DNA from: a virus
Lineage: Duplodnaviria > Caudoviricetes
Direction: 5' to 3' (one strand)
Virus record (IMG/VR): IMGVR_UViG_3300048577_000528
Coordinates: 1-49,850 of that record
Length of the DNA stretch: 49,850 bases
In this document: positions 45,531-49,850 of the stretch, one piece after another
How positions within the stretch are numbered: position 1 is the first letter of the stretch
How the letters are laid out: each line of letters opens with the position of its first letter
Translations under genes and position numbers: made by a program
The notes under the pieces: model-generated
The model's database searches: none
Seen by the model: only the letters and a program-made list of their open reading frames with translations
What the model was told of the DNA's origin: nothing

Positions 45531-45654
45531 TGTTACGATTGGAATCATCTTGCCCACATTATAGTTCCCTTTAGAAACTATGTCAATATATTTTCGCCCA
45601 TTTTGTTGTTTATAGAAACATTTGTTTATTTTAGACACATCGTAGTGATATACT
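45531..45654. promoter_or_regulatory. Divergent lysis/lysogeny switch: consensus leftward promoter and four 17-bp operators
   Basis: - strand TTGACA-17 bp-TATAAT (45586-45558); + strand extended -10 TGaTATACT; GTT-N9-AAC-like sites at 45531, 45563, 45604 and 45623. Confidence 0.8.
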
Positions 45655-45674
45655 TTGTGCAAGAGGTGAGCTTA

Positions 45675-46061
45675 ATGTTCGGTAACCGTTTAAAGAAATT
45701 ACGCGAAGAAAAAGGTTTAACACAACAAGAGCTCGCAGATATCATGCACGTTGGACGTCCAACCATTGCTGGATATGAAACCAAAAGAAAAGAGCCTGAT
45801 TTTGAGAAACTGTCGTGGCTTGCTTCTTATTTCGAAGTCACCATCGATTATTTATTAGGTAAAAGTAATAATAAGACAGAACCCGCAACTGTTGATGTTG
45901 ACGGGTATGAATTGCATTCAGCGCAGAACTCAACAGAGAAAAAAGTATTGCTCATCGCACGTAAGGCTTCCGATATTCCGGAGAGTGACCGCGAAGAGCT
46001 TATTAACATGTTTGAAAAGACAATTGACCTTTACCTGAAATCAAGGGGGAAGGATGCCTGA
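45675..46061 (+). CDS. CI/ImmR-like repressor
   Basis: MFGNRLKKLREEKGLTQQELA...TIAGYET..KEP...FEVTIDYLLG; GAGGTG RBS; divergent from cro. Confidence 0.92.
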   Translation: MFGNRLKKLREEKGLTQQELADIMHVGRPTIAGYETKRKEPDFEKLSWLASYFEVTIDYLLGKSNNKTEPATVDVDGYELHSAQNSTEKKVLLIARKASDIPESDREELINMFEKTIDLYLKSRGKDA

Positions 46062-46636
46062 TGGCCGTGCGCTTCGACTTATGCGAGCGTACGGCGTCCA
46101 TGTTACTACTGGAACAGGACATCAATCGGTCTTCAGTAAATGTTAGCTCGCTTAAATATGAGAAGAACGTTATCTTCGATACATTCGTGCATTACTGCAT
46201 TTGCTCCGGCATTTCCGTAAAAAGCTTTGATAAGACCAATAAACTAAAAGACGGCTTTCTTTTGAAATATGGAGATACATATTTGATTCTGGGCGACAAA
46301 ACCGCCTGCACCCCACGCCAAAACTGGACATGGGCCCATGAGGTAGGGCATATCTATCTCGGGCACACCTGCGACGGGCCGGAGCAGGAGCGCGAGGCCA
46401 ACTGCTTCGCCTCGCAGCTGTTGATGCCCTGGTGTGTCGTCCGTCATCTGGCCGCTTTGCTTCATGGTGTCACCGCTCACGATCTGGCTGATGTCTTCGG
46501 CGTTTCACTGACCGCCGGGACGAACCGTGTCAACGCCCTTCGCAAAAAACGTGACTTTCCGTACAGCCGGATCGACGCCGAGTTGCTGCGCAAATATATC
46601 CCCCACCTTCAAGACTACGTAAAAAACGCCGTATGA
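46061..46636 (+). CDS. ImmA/IrrE-family metallopeptidase (anti-repressor)
   Basis: RQNWTWAHEVGH and EREANCFASQLLMP motifs; coupled to the repressor gene. Confidence 0.92.
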   Translation: MAVRFDLCERTASMLLLEQDINRSSVNVSSLKYEKNVIFDTFVHYCICSGISVKSFDKTNKLKDGFLLKYGDTYLILGDKTACTPRQNWTWAHEVGHIYLGHTCDGPEQEREANCFASQLLMPWCVVRHLAALLHGVTAHDLADVFGVSLTAGTNRVNALRKKRDFPYSRIDAELLRKYIPHLQDYVKNAV

Positions 46637-46737
46637 CCCGTTCCCTTCGAGTAATACGGCTTGTTTTATAATCAGCATGTACCTTATATTCTTAATTCTG
46701 GGATTAATTTGTTTGAGGGTTATAGGAGAGAACAGAA

Positions 46738-47352
46738 ATGAAAAAAATAATAACTGCGGCTTACGTATTCGCTTGTTTTTTGATGCTTATATCATGCAGC
46801 TCAGTAAATTCAAACGCACCGGAAACTGCCGCAGACTCATTAGCCCCGACGATGGACGACAGTGTTGCTTCACCATCACCATCCGAAATTTCATCGCCTT
46901 CAACTAATGATAAGGAATTTGATTTTTCAAAGGATGAGTTAATCGATGCTGTTGATAGCTTTTTGTTAAAACATGAATTTGACGAAATTATCTCAACTGA
47001 AAGTAAGCAAGAAGATGAGTATATAGATGGAGTCGGGACATATAGCTGTTCATCGTATTCATTAGGTGACGGAACGCGCTTGTTTATATATTATCATCCA
47101 GATACAGCGAATGTATTAAGCATTATGTTCAGAGTCGTTCCGGATTTAGCTACGGAAAACAGCATGCTTGCTTATGCGTATGCTGTGGGCATAATCTCAG
47201 CCTATATCGATGGAGACAGTGCATCGGAAGCGACTGATGAGCTCAATTTCGAAAATATAACGGAAGACGCAACGACATTTGATCATGGAAATATTGGCTA
47301 TTATATGTACACTGTCGAAGACGGTAAGCTGATGTTGTTTATCAGTAAATAA
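46738..47352 (+). CDS. Acidic lipoprotein (possible superinfection exclusion)
   Basis: MKK + hydrophobic stretch + LISC lipobox; Ser/Pro linker; located in the lysogeny module. Confidence 0.75.
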   Translation: MKKIITAAYVFACFLMLISCSSVNSNAPETAADSLAPTMDDSVASPSPSEISSPSTNDKEFDFSKDELIDAVDSFLLKHEFDEIISTESKQEDEYIDGVGTYSCSSYSLGDGTRLFIYYHPDTANVLSIMFRVVPDLATENSMLAYAYAVGIISAYIDGDSASEATDELNFENITEDATTFDHGNIGYYMYTVEDGKLMLFISK

Positions 47353-47403
47353 TCTGTATATATTACCATTTAGAATGAAATTAATATTACGGGATGTGAT
47401 TTT

Positions 47404-48309
47404 ATGCCCACCGAAAATACCCCAAAGAAGTGTTTCATTATAACCCCTATAGGCAGTGATAAATCTGATATTAGAAGGCATGCTGAAGGTGTAATTAATG
47501 AAGTTCTAAGACCAATATTAGAAAACGATCCGTATAATTTCATAGTTATCTATCCAAAGGAAGTCAGCACTTCAGGTTCGATAACTAGACAGGTTATTAA
47601 GGATATCTACGAGTCTGATCTAGTTATAGCAAATCTGACTAGCTTAAATCCGAATGTAATGTACGAATTGTCATTTAGGCATGCCTGCGCAAAGCCTATT
47701 ATCCATATCTGTGAACGTGGAACTGATCTCCCTTTTGATATAAAAGACCACCGGACAATTTTCTATGATAATGATATGACTGGTGCACTAGAGTTAAAAA
47801 GTGACCTTATAAGAATGTTGAATTGTATTGACGATTATTCACAAGACAACAATAATCCGATATATAACAGCCTTTTCAACATTTCAATAGATAAGTTAAT
47901 TAATCTGCCAGAGGTAGCTTCGCAAGATAAAGCCATATTAAAACTCCTTAATGATATATCTCAGGACATTTCGTTATTAAAAATTAAGAATTCTAATAGT
48001 TCAAAAAGAATAGCTGTGCCAGACTCTTACAAATTTAGTAATTCCTACTGTGTCACTTGTTCAATACCCAATGATATGAAAAAAGATATTGACGATCTCG
48101 TAGGTAAAATGCATAGTGAAATCTGCTTAGAACTGGAAAGACGAAACATTTCGATCCAGGATTTAAACTCTGGTTTGGATGGTAATATTCTAAGTTTTAC
48201 ATTTATAGTTGTTTCAGGTGATATACCAAGATTAAGTTTTTTAGGTTCCATTTTTCAACCCGTTATAGACGAAAATGGTTTATCACTAATTGGTGTCCAA
48301 CGTTCATAA
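47404..48309 (+). CDS. Nucleoside 2-deoxyribosyltransferase-like (TIR/SLOG-related) domain protein with a C-terminal extra domain
   Basis: KCFIITPIG, IYESDLVIANLTSLNPNVMYEL and LPFDI..HRTIFY motifs; AT-rich. Confidence 0.8.
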   Translation: MPTENTPKKCFIITPIGSDKSDIRRHAEGVINEVLRPILENDPYNFIVIYPKEVSTSGSITRQVIKDIYESDLVIANLTSLNPNVMYELSFRHACAKPIIHICERGTDLPFDIKDHRTIFYDNDMTGALELKSDLIRMLNCIDDYSQDNNNPIYNSLFNISIDKLINLPEVASQDKAILKLLNDISQDISLLKIKNSNSSKRIAVPDSYKFSNSYCVTCSIPNDMKKDIDDLVGKMHSEICLELERRNISIQDLNSGLDGNILSFTFIVVSGDIPRLSFLGSIFQPVIDENGLSLIGVQRS

Positions 48310-48368
48310 TATTTATTCGATATAGTAAACATTTGTATATTACCCAAAATCATTAGTAAGGTATCATT

Positions 48369-49850
48369 ATGTCAGAAAAATTTGTAGCAATATACGCCCG
48401 GCAATCAGTCGACAAAAAAGACAGCATTTCTATTGAAAGCCAGATCGACCTTTGCCGCGCCGAAGCCTCGGGCGAATATCAGGTCTACGAGGATAAGGGA
48501 TTCAGCGGTAAAAACACAAAACGCCCGGCTTTCGAACGGCTCATGAAGGCCGTCGAAGCCGGGCATGTTTCGAAGCTTGTGTGTTACCGCCTGGACCGGA
48601 TATCCCGCTCCATCTCCGACTTCGGACGGATATGGGAAATGCTGAGCCGGAACAGCGTTGAATTCGTCAGTGTCAATGAGAAATTCGATACCAGTACCCC
48701 GGTCGGCCGCGCTATGCTGTACATCATCATGGTGTTCGCCCAGCTGGAGCGTGAGACGATCGCAGAGCGCATTAAAGACAATTATTATCAGCGCGTCAAA
48801 AAAGGCGCCTGGCCTGGAGGTCCTGCGCCGTACGGCTTCCAAATATCCAGCAAACGTGTCGCCGGCTCGAAAACGCTGGAACCGACCGCTGAGATCGATG
48901 TTGTTAAACGTATATTTGACTTGTATGCCGTCAGCGGCAGCTCTCTCGGGAAAGTCGCTAAACTGCTTACCCAAGAAAACATTCCATGTGCAAAACGCCG
49001 CAGTTGGGACTCCATATCTGTGTTCAGAGTCCTCCGGAGCCCGGTTTATGTAAAGGCCAACGTCGATGTCTATATCTACTATAAAAACAAGGGCATGATA
49101 ATTTTTAACGAACCAGAAGAATTCGTTGGTCAATATGCAGGGCTGATCATCGGGAAGCGCCCGGCCAACGAAAGGAAATTTGTGGATGTTTCTGACCACC
49201 TCTTTGTGCTATCCAATCATACCGGCATTATCGAGCCGTCTCAGTTCCTGACATGTCAGTATAAGCTAGATGGCAACAAACAACTTAAAAACACCGGTAA
49301 GGGGAAACTCACCTGGCTGTCCGGGTTGCTTCACTGCGCAGAATGCGGCTACAGTATGAGGGTACTTAAAGACCGAGATTCCGGAAAACTGCGGCTTTAT
49401 TGCAACGGCCATACACATTATTACATCTGCGACGTCCGGCATACGGAAACCGTTGAAAAGATTGAATCGGATGTTGAGCAGCATATTATACAGTATATTA
49501 TCGAATCACAAACGCAAAGTACAGACGATAAAAACACCGAAAGCGTGGACCTAAACGCCATCAAATTAGAGCTACTCCAAATCGATGAAAAAATCTCAAA
49601 CCTGGTTAAGGCTTTATCAGAAGGCTCCGCAGTAACAATGAAGTATATAAACTCAGAGATCGAACGCCTTGAATCGGAAAAGCTAAGGGTCGTCGGTAAG
49701 CTGTCCGAACTGTCTGTCAGTAATAATACGCACGCCCCGCTCTGGATTGATTTTCCTAGCCTTAGTTTTGAAGATAAAAAGGCAGTCGCCGCGATGTTCA
49801 TAAAGACCATAAAATGCTCCCCAGACGACATGGTGGTCATTAGAAAATAA
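48369..49850 (+). CDS. Large serine recombinase (integrase)
   Basis: AIYARQS (catalytic Ser), DKGFSG, RLDRISR, ERETIAER, PYG, zinc ribbon LSGLLHCAECG and coiled coil. Confidence 0.95.
   Translation: MSEKFVAIYARQSVDKKDSISIESQIDLCRAEASGEYQVYEDKGFSGKNTKRPAFERLMKAVEAGHVSKLVCYRLDRISRSISDFGRIWEMLSRNSVEFVSVNEKFDTSTPVGRAMLYIIMVFAQLERETIAERIKDNYYQRVKKGAWPGGPAPYGFQISSKRVAGSKTLEPTAEIDVVKRIFDLYAVSGSSLGKVAKLLTQENIPCAKRRSWDSISVFRVLRSPVYVKANVDVYIYYKNKGMIIFNEPEEFVGQYAGLIIGKRPANERKFVDVSDHLFVLSNHTGIIEPSQFLTCQYKLDGNKQLKNTGKGKLTWLSGLLHCAECGYSMRVLKDRDSGKLRLYCNGHTHYYICDVRHTETVEKIESDVEQHIIQYIIESQTQSTDDKNTESVDLNAIKLELLQIDEKISNLVKALSEGSAVTMKYINSEIERLESEKLRVVGKLSELSVSNNTHAPLWIDFPSLSFEDKKAVAAMFIKTIKCSPDDMVVIRK

Larger units (their letters stand above)
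1..49850. mobile_element. Temperate prophage with HK97-type head, contractile (myovirus-type) tail and large serine integrase; both ends extend beyond the window
   Basis: Canonical module order: integrase, immunity, replication, late activator, packaging, head, tail, baseplate, fibre. Almost all phage genes are on the - strand. Confidence 0.97.

Noticed and set aside
48310-49850. att site near the integrase
   Set aside because: The window ends at the integrase stop codon and no flanking host sequence is available to define att

Overview
The whole window is one nearly complete temperate prophage of a Bacillota (Clostridia-like) host; the host assignment is inferred from the gene families. From right to left it carries a large serine recombinase, a lysogeny module (ImmA-type protease, CI-like repressor and Cro-like gene around a divergent operator/promoter region), and an early replication and DNA-modification region. 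That early region holds an iteron-containing initiator, a C5 methyltransferase with 8 internal repeats, a Mom-like protein, an SNF2-methylase fusion, DUF5131, RecU, a phage beta-clamp and a J-domain protein. These are followed by an ArpU/RinA-like late activator, an HK97-type packaging and head module, and a PBSX/phiCD119-like contractile tail. Lysis genes and att sites are not visible and probably lie outside the window. Several AT-rich cargo genes are inserted against the direction of phage transcription. The main one is a ~4.9 kb island between terL and portal, containing Sir2-HerA, a secreted stalk-domain protein and an unusual MraZ-like protein split by an Mrr-type PD-(D/E)XK nuclease domain (top finding). 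The others are a TIR-wHTH gene, an HEXXH protein and an NDT-like gene. All calls come from reading motifs by eye; no database search was run.
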